From positions 15,066,001-15,130,000 of the forward strand of contig OZ059899.1 of the NCBI GenBank assembly GCA_964057225.1: 64,000 nucleotides of DNA. The letters run 5' to 3'. Below are positions 27,775-39,801 of the stretch, piece by piece; positions within the stretch are counted from its first letter, which is position 1, and every line of letters begins with the position of its first letter. Origin of the DNA: Auanema rhodensis (Eukaryota; Animalia; Nematoda). The position numbers and the translations under genes were made by a program. Under the pieces are notes generated by a model that saw only the letters and a list, made by a program, of their open reading frames with translations, ran no database searches and was not told the origin of the DNA.

Positions 27775-28162
27775 ATGCGTTGTCTCTTTTTGATTTTTGC
27801 TTGCCTCACAGCCACAGCATTGTGCTCTTTGAAAGCTAAAACTGTGTGCTACATTACAGGAGAAAAATGTGTTCCTGACCAAGCCAGGGTTACTGGTAAG
27901 TATTAGATATCTTATTTCAATCAAAAATCTCAATAAGTTCAGACATAATTTGGAAGGATTGTACCGAATACTGTACTAAATGCAAGGGATTTTCCACTGG
28001 AGCATGTGCTAAAGTAAGCGAGAAGGATTGCGATGGCTATCGTTGCAAGTGAGTGTCAAATAGCTGGTTTTCTATTTTTCATGTTAACTTAGATGTTCCG
28101 GACAATCTATTGCTAAGTCAGAAGTGTTGAAGGAGAGAGCTACATGTCGTCTTGGTATTTGA
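27775..28162 (+). CDS. Secreted cysteine-rich macin-like (defensin-superfamily) peptide, 3 exons
   Basis: Signal peptide MRCLFLIFACLTATALC, then VCYITGEKCVPDQARVTDIIWKDCTEYCTKCKGFSTGACAKVSEKDCDGYRCKCSG..ATCRLGI*. The W-x2-C-x3-C..G-x2-G-x-C..CxC pattern resembles macins. Confidence 0.7.
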
Positions 28163-28719
28163 AAAGTCATTTTGCACACTTTGTTTCAAAATTATTTAAT
28201 AAATAAGGCAGAGAACAGATCACAAAACTTTGAATAAAAGCTAAATGCGATTTAACTTAAGCATCACTACGATCAACTGAAAAGGGTGTAGCCAAAACTT
28301 CATGTCCAGCAGCGGAAATGATGACATCCTTAGTTGGCTTATCTCCAGCACCCTTTGGAACCTTCTCCACGGCTCTGACAACGTCCATACCTATTTTTCT
28401 ATTTTTCATGTTAACTTAGATGTTCCGGACAATCTATTGCTAAGTCAGAAGTGTTGAAGGAGAGAGCTACATGTCGTCTTGGTATTTGAAAAGTCATTTT
28501 GCACACTTTGTTTCAAAATTATTTAATAAATAAGGCAGAGAACAGATCACAAAACTTTGAATAAAAGCTAAATGCGATTTAACTTAAGCATCACTACGAT
28601 CAACTGAAAAGGGTGTAGCCAAAACTTCATGTCCAGCAGCGGAAATGATGACATCCTTAGTTGGCTTATCTCCAGCACCCTTTGGAACCTTCTCCACGGC
28701 TCTGACAACGTCCATACCT
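28067..28719. repeat. Tandem direct duplication with a 327-bp period
   Basis: 28067-28392 is repeated, apparently identically, at 28394-28719. The unit contains the last exon of the macin-like gene and most of the last exon of cyn-5. Confidence 0.93.
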
Positions 28720-30181
28720 TCCAAAATCTGGAAAGCATGTCAGAGTTATAAGCTATTGATTCATAAAAGACCATACCTTTCCGAAAACAACGTGTTTTCC
28801 ATCAAGCCATGAAGTTTTCTTGACGGTAATGAAGAACTGAGATCCATTGGTATCCTTTCCGGCGTTGGCCATTGAAAGCCATCCAGCTCCGTAATGCTTC
28901 AGCTTGAAGTTCTCATCTGGGAATTTTTCTCCGTAGATGGATCTGAAGAATATACATTACTGAATTAACCATGTTCGAAACAGCCAACCTTCCTCCAGTA
29001 CCATCTCCACGAGTGAAATCTCCTCCTTGAATCATGAAGTCCTCAATAACTCTATGGAATTTACTGCCAACATATCCTTCCCCCTAAAAACGAGCGATAT
29101 GAAACGGATTCACTTGTTTTACCCAACCTTTGGCTTCTTTGCTAACTCGATGAAGTTGGTAGCAGTCTTGGGAACAGTTTTTCCGAAAAGTCCGATTACG
29201 ATTCTACCTAAGCTTTCGCCGTCTTGTTCGATATCAAACCAAACCTAAACATACAAATATTAGGTGGTTGAATTGATTCCCGGAGAAAAATTTTTCACAA
29301 AGGTTTCAACTTCCTGTATATTTTTGAAGTTCTCTCCCCTCAAACTATGCTCCATTGACCTGAACAGATAAAAATCTGTTGGGCCAAGGTCTGGAGAGTA
29401 AGGGGGGTTTTTGAGAACTGTCCATCCCCGCTCCAGAAGCGTCTGTTCTGCCTTCGCACAGCAGTGAGGGCGAGCGTTGTCATTCAACAACGCTATACTT
29501 CTGTTTTTGAGCTCCTCTCGGGCTTCAATGTTAACACTGAGCCGTCTGGGTTGCTCAGAATAATGCTCTCCATGTATGGTTCTACCGTATGGTAGAATTT
29601 CATAGAAGAGAACTCCGTTTTCGTTCCAGAAAACGGACGGAAGTGCCTTTTTGGCAGTTTGTGGGTTAGCCCTTGGTGTCATCGGAACCGATTCTCCAGG
29701 GTTAACCCAAAACTTAGCCCTGTTTGGGTTGGAATAGAGAATCCACTTCTTATCTCCAGTCACCAAACTTTTGAAAAAACCCCTTTTTTGGCTCATTTTC
29801 AGAAGATCCTGAGCCAAAGAAAATCTTGACGAATCGAATTGAAGAATCTCCGTAATCAACTTTCATTTTTCTGAAGGTTTCTTTGGCAGAAATACCTTCA
29901 TCAAAATGATGAAGAAGGGCGTTGCGCATAAGGGTTACATCCATAACGAAATCAAAATAAAAAAACGTTCAAAGAAAAAAGAGAATTTTTCGAATGTAAA
30001 GTTTTAAAATGTAATGTTTTTTATTTTTATTATATTTAAAAATATTCAAATTTTTAAATTTTATATTGATACTGATACAAAACTTTAGAATTACCTTATC
30101 CGTGACTTTGGGTCCCTTTGGGGCATCTTGAGCAGATGCAAGTCCGACTAGAATACAGATCAGTGGAACTGACCAATGCAT
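28584..30181 (-). CDS. cyn-5: Cyclophilin B (secretory peptidyl-prolyl isomerase)
   Basis: Exons 30095-30181, 29128-29244, 28989-29083, 28777-28942 and 28584-28727 encode a signal peptide, [71 protein letters not shown] and [17 protein letters not shown]. Confidence 0.93.
29260..29944 (-). mobile_element. Internally deleted mariner transposon in cyn-5 intron 1
   Basis: Transposase motifs [16 protein letters not shown] and [15 protein letters not shown] (mariner DD34D type). A short N-terminal HTH fragment ([17 protein letters not shown]..) is frameshifted against the catalytic part. TA + TTAGGTGGTTG terminus at 29258-29270. Confidence 0.9.
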
Positions 30182-30719
30182 CTTGACTAGATTAGTGGCC
30201 TAACTGAAACAAAATTCTCTAATTACAGATTAACGGAGGAGTGACACAACACAAGTGAATTGCTTATTTCCATACAAATCCATGTAAGGCTTAACATAAA
30301 CAAAACTACAGGATAAACATCAACAACTAAACTTAACGAGCAAAGAATATAAAGTTTAAAGTTTGTTCGTAGAAAATAAAATAAAAATTATAAGAAAAAA
30401 AGGTTTTAATTTGTAAAATAAAATTCAAAATAGTACACGTAGCAATACTGATATGTAACAAAGCTTTACTCTGTGAGCATTATCAGACGCTCAAGTCTTT
30501 TGTTTTCTTTTATACCGTATTACGTATATTGCGTATATTGCGTATATAATTTAATATTAATATTTGAATAAAATAATTAATATAAAATGAATTAAATGTA
30601 TTATTATATTTATCTAATTTACAACAAAATTATATCAAACAAAAATTAGAAAACGAAACAATGGTCAAAACAAAATACTTTTATATTAACAAATATAATA
30701 GTTTATATAAATTAGTACG

Positions 30720-31680
30720 TAAGTTCAAGTGTATAGACAGATGAGCTAAAAGCTTGATCTTTAGGTTGCTCGATCTCATATATATCCTATAATTAATATA
30801 ATTTTTCTATATTTTTTTCAGTATAGCAATCTTCTAATTTCCAGAATTTACTAATTAGTGGTTAGTACCAATATTTAATTTACTGCGAAATTTTACTGAA
30901 GAAGTTTGTTCTCTGAAGTTCCCCGTAGATGACAAGAGTATCTCCTGGAACAAGTCAATAAGCAGCAATTCTTGATTTATATGTTAGAGGCTGAAAAAAG
31001 ATAAAATTAGAAAATAGTTCAATTTTTATGAAAATTTTGACATATCCGAACACGTTAAATAATGTTATAAATAATGGTTAATGAAACAACTGATATCTTA
31101 TTTGGCTAAAGATGAGGTAAATAATTGATGACAATGAAGGTTATTCATATCAGGTGTTTCGTTTTTTTTTCGTTTTTCGTTTCAAATTCAAAAGTAATTC
31201 TTTTTCAAATATTCAGAGTATTAGGGGTTCGGTTTACAATTAAAAACAGTTTTTTTTTAAATTTCTTTCTTAGTATAAGCTATCAATACTGAGACAATGT
31301 CTTGTGTTACTTTCAAAAATAAAATGGAAATGATTAGCAGACGATGTCTAATCGTTTCTGCCATCTATTATTAATTTGAAACTTTCTAACTACATACTGA
31401 TTATCATATATATATATGTTCCAAATACGTTTCTCTATTTGGATTTTATATACTTCTTATATTTGATAATCAAATCTTTTAGTTAGTATACTCTGTTAAG
31501 GTGGTCAATGAATCTTCAAACCCACAAATCAAACATTCAGTTAGCACAAATTGACAAAGTTTTCCCTTTATGAACCTCCACAACTTGTTTTGTCCAGCTT
31601 TATGTATTATATGCCAAATCTATTAATACCCCTTCTTCTAAAAGAAGAAAGATGGAATAGCATTCGTATTCTGATATCAT
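30720..31680 (-). pseudogene. Decayed galectin-like sequence
   Basis: After a TTTTTCAG acceptor at ~30990 the minus strand reads PLTYKSRI../LVPGDTLVIYG with a frameshift. At 31500-31680 it reads MLFHLSSF/EEGV...SW...FDLWV...DH with stops. Both resemble galectin-domain strands. Confidence 0.33.
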
Positions 31681-32365
31681 TTTAATTTTTTTGTTTTATT
31701 AACGCTTTGATGGATATGTACTTCAACTTCAATAGCATATAGCGTTCATTGCTTTTTTGTCTAAACTCTTTTATATGATTATCAAATGATTACGCTCATT
31801 TTCTTGCTAATTATTTTGTATTGATGAAGCTATAGTAGTAGTTCAGCTCAAAGTTCCACTTCCTTCCCGTTCTTCTCTTCCAACCAAGTCATTATATTCC
31901 TCAACTAGTCTCTTAATATTTAATTTGTAGCCTTTTTTATAGATTTTTCAAGATAATGATGATGTCACATATCATTAGAATAAATAATTGGAAGTGATTT
32001 CTCATATAATTTCCTATCTTTATTTCGCATTTCTTCATGTTGCATTCCATGCTTGAATTCATATGTGCAGATCAAGCTTGAAATATACCTCAACATACAA
32101 TATAACATATGATCTATCTCCTACAAAGAGGACTTTGTTCTTTTTCATATATGTTGTTTTGTTTTTATTCTCGTTCATTAAGAGATTTATTTTTACTATC
32201 ACATCATTCATTTTTTGTTTGATGAATAGACCTTTTTGATGAAATTCGCTTACATTTCTTTTCAAATTTAAGATATTTTATCAATAATACTTCACATTAA
32301 TCTTTAACTAAAAGCATATTTTAAAGTTTATTTCTTAAATTCTAATTGTATAATGTAGTTTTTCC

Positions 32366-32609
32366 GAATCTTCTGCATTTGTTGCCACCAACTCCAAAAT
32401 AAACTGATAAATAGTAACTCAGTCTTAGGTTTATTAACTGCCTAAAGTTTTGTGAAATCCAAACTTAGGCTCAAGCTTGGGTTCAGGCTTAGACTTGTGC
32501 TAACAGTTTTAAAAAAATTAGTAAAAATCACAACTATTTAATCTACACGTTTTCTTGTGTTACGTCAACATCGGCTGGAAGGGGTAGTGGCAACAATTGC
32601 AGAAGTGTC
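32366..32609. mobile_element. 244-bp MITE with 8-bp TSD (Merlin- or hAT-type)
   Basis: Imperfect TIRs GAATCTTCTGCATTTGTTGCCAC and (reverse complement) GACACTTCTGCAATTGTTGCCAC. Flanked by the direct repeat GTTTTTCC at 32358-32365 and 32610-32617. Confidence 0.75.
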
Positions 32610-32786
32610 GTTTTTCCTTTTAATTCGAAACATATGACTAATTAAGTTGCTAATCATATTAACTATACTAAATATAATTTTGACAGAGAACACAGTCTAC
32701 TACTCCAAATGTGAATACAATGAACAGCTTCAGATATTTCTTCAATAATTAAAATATAATTTATATAATATTGATTGAAATATCTA

Positions 32787-34298
32787 ATGCAAATTACATG
32801 TCCTACAGTAGTTGAAGAAGGAACAACTTTATATATTATAGTATCTGTAGTATTAGGCTGTTTTATCTTAATTATTAGTATATATACATATTATTTAATT
32901 TATTTTCATTCAACTAAGCCTATGGGATCATTTAAATATTATTTATTATTTAATCATTTGACAACAGCAATTGCATCTATAACACTATGTGTTGGTCTGG
33001 TAAGTTTCATCAAGTTTTATATCTATTACTTTCTCTCAACTTTTTTTGAAAATTCAAGTTTTGAGCTGGAGCTCTAAATCCTCTTGCATGCTTTTGTCTT
33101 TTTCTAAGCTTTGCTCTAATTCTAAATCCAAATAAATCTTACAAACTGCTAACTTTCTGCGCTGTCCACCTTTCATTTCCGAACATCTTTATTGAGATTT
33201 CAAATTACTTTTAAATTTGAAAACCTAGAAGATATTGAAATGGTTTCAGATTCCAGTGACATATGTTCCTCTTCCTGTATCATATTCGTCTGGTTTATCA
33301 ACCTTGTTGGGCCTAGACATTTATTATGGAACATGTTTACAATTTGGTTTATACCTACTTATGGGTTCATCATTTATTCTTTTATTTTACTATCGTTATC
33401 AATGTATTATATTAAATTATAAAAAAGCTAAAAGATGTGTAATATATACGATTGTTTTGGGCTCATCTGTACCATGGCTAGTATTAACTATAATATTTGC
33501 TCCAGAAAATGATGGTATGGATAATATAATTAAGGTATTATCTTCTTTCTTTTTCTTATTTGAACTTTGAAGCTTTCAAATCACCTATCACATTATCTTC
33601 TATTCAGATGTGTCCTGCATTTGCCAGCATAGCACACAAGAAAGGAATTAATGGATTTGAACTTTTTGAATTCAAATTCCTTTCACTAGTCATCGGATTT
33701 ATAATAATCTTCTTATTAATTTCATTTTGTATAACTTGGTTATTCTTTCTTACTGTACGTGGATTAGTTCTATCTCAAACCATGCTTTCTCCTGAAACCA
33801 GATTGATGCATAAGAGAATGCTCATGCTTGTTGTCACGCAGGTAGAAATTGAATGAATGCTATCATAGATGCAACTGAAACTTTCTATTCCAGACAATCT
33901 CTTTAGTTGTTTTATTTTTTTCGTGTGGAATAATGACATTAATTGCCGGATTTGTTCCATTATCTCCTTCTAGAAGTAAAATTATAGTTTTATCAATCTT
34001 CAATCTTCAATATCAATTTTTGATTTCAGCTTCAATTGATTCTGTGTATTTAATAATTGGATCCTATGGCATAATTAATGTTTGTTATATTATTTATTTT
34101 AGTAAACCTTATTTAGTACGTCTTCAATACGGTAAGATTACTAATTATTCTATTTTACAATCTAATTTTTCAGATAAATTACAATTTTTCAACTTCATAA
34201 CATGTAAAAGAAACGTAATTAATGTTTATTTTTATATTTTATTACTTATTATAAATAAAAAATTTCAGCTTGTACGGGTATCCAGTAGTCGTTATTAG
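32787..34298 (+). CDS. Serpentine 7TM chemoreceptor, Srh/Sri-like
   Basis: Hydrophobic exons with YLIYFHSTKPMGSFKYYLLFNH, IPVTYVPLPVSYSSGLSTLLG, LLFYYRYQCI, MLSPETRLMHKRML..Q and SYGIIN..IIYFSKPY, all hallmarks of the Str-superfamily srh/sri receptors. Confidence 0.8.
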
Positions 34299-34949
34299 CA
34301 CTGAGATTAGTTGATCTAAGTATTTGATCCAAAAATACAAATCTATTCGCTAGGATTCCTAAATTATACATACATGTACTGTGACATCACTGCTATTTTC
34401 TCCTTAACCTTGGGTTTGTTAACAACTTTTCCTATTTTCTCACTCTTGCTCGAACTAATCGAATATACAAGGTGTTTATAGACTCAATCATGGCCTCCCG
34501 TTTCGTTTCCATAAGTGAAACTTAAGTTTCCACTACTTGTTCGAGATGGTTCTGGACACGCAGGAAGTTGTGGTCGGAACTCTTGTCGAGAAGATTCAGG
34601 AAATTGATACTCTACTGCGACATCAATCAGGTATGCAAAACCTCTAAACTTTCTGCTTTCTTTTATAACAATTTTAAAAACAATATTTCTATTTGATAAG
34701 TTTAAAACTTTTCCTAAATTTATTCAAATTATTTTGTGTTTAGTCCGTGGCCACCTCTGTCAGATGCCATAACCGAGGAACAGGCTATCGGGGATAGCGC
34801 AGGTGCTGAATCTACTGTACAAAGCAATCTCGCCGATGGCATTGCTTGAGGGATCTTCCAAGGAATATACATACATATCATTTACTATTATTATTATTAT
34901 TTAATAAAAGTTTAAAAATAACATTTAAAAAGTTCTGAACGTTTGAATG

Positions 34950-34980
34950 TACAGTCCCTTGCAATTAAAGTGGGACACTC
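34950..34980 (+). mobile_element. Solo Tc1/Tc3-like terminal sequence
   Basis: TA + CAGTCCCTTGCAATTAAAGTGGGACAC resembles a Tc1-family TIR. No partner was found. Confidence 0.3.
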
Positions 34981-36777
34981 AAAAAATCAAAAAAATATGA
35001 TGATTATTGAAAAACTTCATTAATTAAATAAATTTTTTTGAAATTATTTTGTAGTTTGAAGGGGGTTGTGTCGGCTCTTTCACGAGGTACAGTACTGTAC
35101 ATGTATGTATTGTTTCGCCCACCCCCCCCCCCTAATAATCAGAGATTTAACATTAGAGCGCGCTTATAACATTTTGGGCACACTATTCTATAGTATATCA
35201 CAAACAAAAGAAAAAGAAATTTAATGCTTTAAGAATTATCAAAAAGATTATTGATGACACATTTTCTCGATAAGAACTCATTTCTTTTAAAATGATTGCT
35301 GATTAAACTATTTCATTGCAATTTTTGAATTTTGGTTAGTTTTGCTCTTCTTCCATTCTTGATCTATTTCTCCCCGCCCCCTTTTTCCACTCCTTTCCAG
35401 ATTATAGAAGTATTCCAGCTTTGAAGCTTTAAAACTTATAATAGTTGCAAGTTTTTTTCATGAATTGGGTATTCATTAACTCCATATGAAATATAAAATA
35501 TACAATTATTTAATAGAAATCCTAAGTTTCTATCGTAGGATTTGACAGAAAATTTCATACAGATTCTTCATTATAATATGAATATATGAGATTAATGAAC
35601 AGGTTACAACATCAAATAACAAACTTAAGCTTCTTTTAAACTTCTTTTTTGTATTTTCTTGTTTTTATAAATAAAATCAAAAAAGATCATCATCTCATGA
35701 ATGTTCAGGAACAGAAACTAAAGAATAAAATCAAATGTACACATGTATTAATCATAATTAAAACAAATTTAATTTACTGATAACAATTTATATTAGAAAT
35801 ATGATTCAGTTATTAATAAGCTTATAATTAGATAATCATTTGTAATCTATTTCTTTGTTTAATGCTAATACTATGCTTCATACTATAAAGAAAAAGGAAG
35901 TTTTCAATTTTATTGATAACAAAGAATATTTTCTGATAATCAAGTTTCTAAGAGCAGAAAATAAGTTTATCGCATTAACTCATTTCATTGAAATTTCATA
36001 GAATATACAATTTATATTCAAAAGAATCAAATATGATAATATAATGAAAAATTATTGAATAATATTCCTAAATTTATAAAGAAATTGTGTTAATTTGATA
36101 AAGTTTCTTCTGGATCTTAGCTTCAAACAAGTGTGTCAACATCTCCCATCTTACTAAAGATCTTTGAAGATAACTTGGTTAACATACAACCAAATTCTAC
36201 CATTTAAAAGAAAAATTGACGTTCAGTGTACTCCTAACATTCTATCAAAAGATTATGTTCGAAGTCTTGATGAAACTTCTGAAATTCAAGAAAGAAGACT
36301 TCTAGCAGTTTATGAAAATTTCGGAGACTTCAGAAATTACTTTTAAACATGATTTTTTGACTGTTTTAAATTTTTTTTAAGTTCATTATCGTTTTTTAAC
36401 ATCCAAAATATATTTTTACAATCATTATTTGAAATAAGAAAGCTTTCAAATAATGGGAAGAAGATGCAAACTTACGTTCATTACTGATCATCAATGAAAT
36501 ATTTTTTTTTAAGATAAAACGAATAGAGAATTATCAATAAACTTTATCATTATACAGAAATCAGATACATTTCAATGTTTTAGCTTTGTCTTCATAAACG
36601 TTTGTAAACTGAAGTCAATTTCTTAGTTTAATACAGAATTACTGTAGAATTATCTTTGATTCTTGTTATCTGACATGATCGTATAATGATTGCTGTTTCT
36701 TTGAGAACACCATGCCTCGTATATAAGGTTGAGAATCAACATTTCAATTACCGGAATCAAGCTTTGTTCTTTTCATC

Positions 36778-38524
36778 ATGATGATGAACATTTTGTTATT
36801 AATTTCAGCTTTAATCATTTCATGTAAGTTATTTCTTAGGATTTTCCTTAATGTTTATTCTTTTTATTGTAGTAAATGCGTGTCCAGATAACTGGGAGAG
36901 AAACCGAAAAGGATTGTGCTACTATGTTTCTACTTTACTTTTCAATGTTATAAGATAAATTTAATTTTTTTTAGGTATCTGCTTCTAATGATATCTTAAA
37001 CTATATCGATGCTATAGCTAAATGTGAAAGTCAAGGTGGAGAACTTGCAATGCCTAAGAATGAATTTGTAAGTTTTGAAACATTCAAATCATAAATCATT
37101 GAAAATCTTATGCTTCAGGAGAATCACTTTCTTTCCAGTATGTTAAGAAATCGAGATATAACTACCGCATGGATAGGAATAGAATGCACAGGATTAAATC
37201 CATTTGAATGCATTTACAATGATGGAACTTATATGGCATATGATTCTTATAATAATTTCAAATGTAATAATTAAATTTCTCAATTTATATGATATAGATA
37301 ATGAGAAAATTCATTTATAACTAATGTTATAACTTATCAGATGCCCACGGAATTGCACCCGTCGAACTGATGGTCTCAAATAATGATTCTTTATGGGCTA
37401 CCCAATTTGGACATGTAGAACAAAATTATATGTGCCAAATAGAGGATAGTAAGTCATTTTGATTCAAAACAAAAAGAAATCTGAGCCTTGTTTAGATACA
37501 TGTCCTAAAGGATTTTATTTAAGTAATGGAATACGTTCCTGTTTAAAAATATTCGAAAAAACTTACGACGAAGCGGCCGAACTATGTGCATCTAACTGTG
37601 GATTTCTTTCAACTCCTGCATCGTCTTTGGTATAAATTATTTTTTAATTTATATACTTTATTATATAATATTATAGGAAAATACTGTAGTCTTTCAAACG
37701 CTATATTTTAATATTAAGCCAAATTCAACCTTTGTACGTCTTGGACCAAAATATAAGGACGGACATTACATCGCACCTTATTCAAATCAATCAATATTCT
37801 TTGAAAATTTTGGTAATTATATATATTATATAGTTAATTATTATTATTTCTCATCTATATTCATTATTTAAGCATATCAAAATATGAATCTTGGTGACTG
37901 CATTGCTATGTCTGTATCAGATCTCTATAATAATTCGAATCACTGGGTTAATACTCGATGTGATACTCCTATGGCAACACTCTGTGAAACCCGTTAGTTT
38001 TAACTCAATATATACTCTAACTTACATTCATTTATTCATTTGCAGCTGTAATAGCATATCCATGTTCATCTAGACCATCACCTCGGCCTATAATTGGCGA
38101 TGATGCATGTATTGCTCCATACTATTATGAAAATAATAATGCTACCGTATGTTTCATTATCATATAATTAAATATAAATATTTATTTATTTATTTAAGAT
38201 ATATTCTCCTCATTATCCCCTACCATATACAGGAAAGCGATGCGTTTATGTCTTTACTGTACCAAAAGGACAAATAGTTAAACTACAATTCCACACTAAA
38301 CCAGGACAAACTTTTAACAATTTCGAGTTTTATGATTCCTTGACCGCTCAATCTCCATTTTTAACGTATAACTATATGAGTTTTCAGTTATTTATATAAT
38401 ATATTTTAGACTTGGATCTGATATTAACGATCAGGTTGTTGTCAATCGTCAATCGATGATGGTTGTTATGCCGGAAAGTTCTGCGGGCAGTTCTTGGTCA
38501 TTTACTTTCTCACCAGTATCCTAA
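36778..38524 (+). CDS. Secreted C-type lectin with CTL-CTL-CUB architecture (clec family)
   Basis: Signal peptide; CTL1 (CPDNW..CYY..AIAKCESQGGELA..EN..AWIGIEC); CTL2 (CPKGF..SCL..YDEAAELC..GDCIAM..HWVNTRCD...LCE); CUB (IYSPHYP..CVYVF). TATA-like TATATAAG at ~36720. Confidence 0.88.
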
Positions 38525-38640
38525 TTCATAATTATAATGATAATACAGATATATAGATATTATAATATTGATTTTTATAATTTAAATATTATGTTTGACA
38601 TACTATGTATACGATTTATAAATTCTATGATTTTTCTATG

Positions 38641-39061
38641 ACCATTCGGAACATGTGGGCAACAGGCACATAATCCGACATGTTTTTACCCTAAAACTTG
38701 AATATAATAATATAGTTAAAATATAATATTAATATAGTTAATGATTCCATAAACAGTTGAATTCAGATTTTGAACGACAGAGCAAAATGATCATTAGAAT
38801 GTTGCAAATAAGTTATCGACGGAGAATAGTTGAAAGAACTTAAAGAGGATTTTGGACCAGTAATACTGGTTACGGGATTATCATACCTCCTGCAAACCTC
38901 CCACAATGTTTCATCTTCTGTCTTTTTCTTCTTCATTTTCTCAATTTCTCATCTTGTTTAACTGTCTTTTCTTCTATTTGCTGATTACGGAAGGTATTTT
39001 AATCCAAAACTTTGAGGGGGAAGACCCTTGTTTCTCGTTTGAAGCAATGTATACTTTCAAG

Positions 39062-39114
<53 letters not shown>

Positions 39115-39801
39115 AAACTTAGAAGTTTGCAACAACATTCTTTGGTTTGATTACTTATAGTATATTATAAATTATTTTCTTAATCCTATTAATAGAATTC
39201 TAATAGAAATTTTTTTAAAAAATTCAAAAAATGAATATCTTATAACAGTTTAAACAACTTTACATATAGTTAAACAAAATTTTTAACTATAATTAATTAT
39301 ATAAATTATATATATTGATTATTTTTCTTTTAAATATTTCAATAAGAAATCCTTAAGTATTTAGATAAATTTGATTCTTTTGAGAGTTTGAAACAAAAAA
39401 AATACGAACGTCATAAGTACAAAAGAAAAGTTAACTAAGAGACAACAAATGGAAATATTTACTTTGTAAAATCATTGAACATTTTACTTTTTTAAGAAAA
39501 ACGAAATTATTTTTATAAAAATTAAAACTGATCAAAGATTTCTTCTTTAATTACTGTAGATGGTTTAATTTGAGAAGATGGAACATGAGAATTGAGAAGA
39601 AGCCGTCAAAATGATGTTTAAGAGAAGATTTGAGAAGTTTTTATCCAAAAGATTATGAAAAGATGTTTAATAGATCAAGTAATGGACGTCTTTCTGAACG
39701 ATTCAGATACCCAGAATAGAATGACGTCAACATTTGGCTCAACTCTCTCCATCTGGGTGGAGAGGAGATACAGCTTTTTCTCAAATAACTTTTTGAATTC
39801 T
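38641..39801 (+). repeat. Left inverted arm
   Basis: Starts ACCATTCGGAACATGTGGGCAACAGGC, includes a (CT)n tract and ends ..CTTTTTGAATTCT. Confidence 0.93.

Noticed and set aside
28568-28774. 68-aa ORF in the track
   Set aside because: An alternative frame over the last cyn-5 exon and intron.
34546-34850. Two exon-like GC-richer blocks with GT/AG sites
   Set aside because: Splicing gives only ~37 aa before a stop, and no family was recognised.
35150-36400. AT-rich broken coding-like sequence
   Set aside because: It may be a transposase or gene relic, but no diagnostic motif could be read.
38906-39160. Duplicated 84-aa ORF (also 42957-43211)
   Set aside because: It arises from the inverted arms and a (CT)n tract; there is no evidence that it is a gene.
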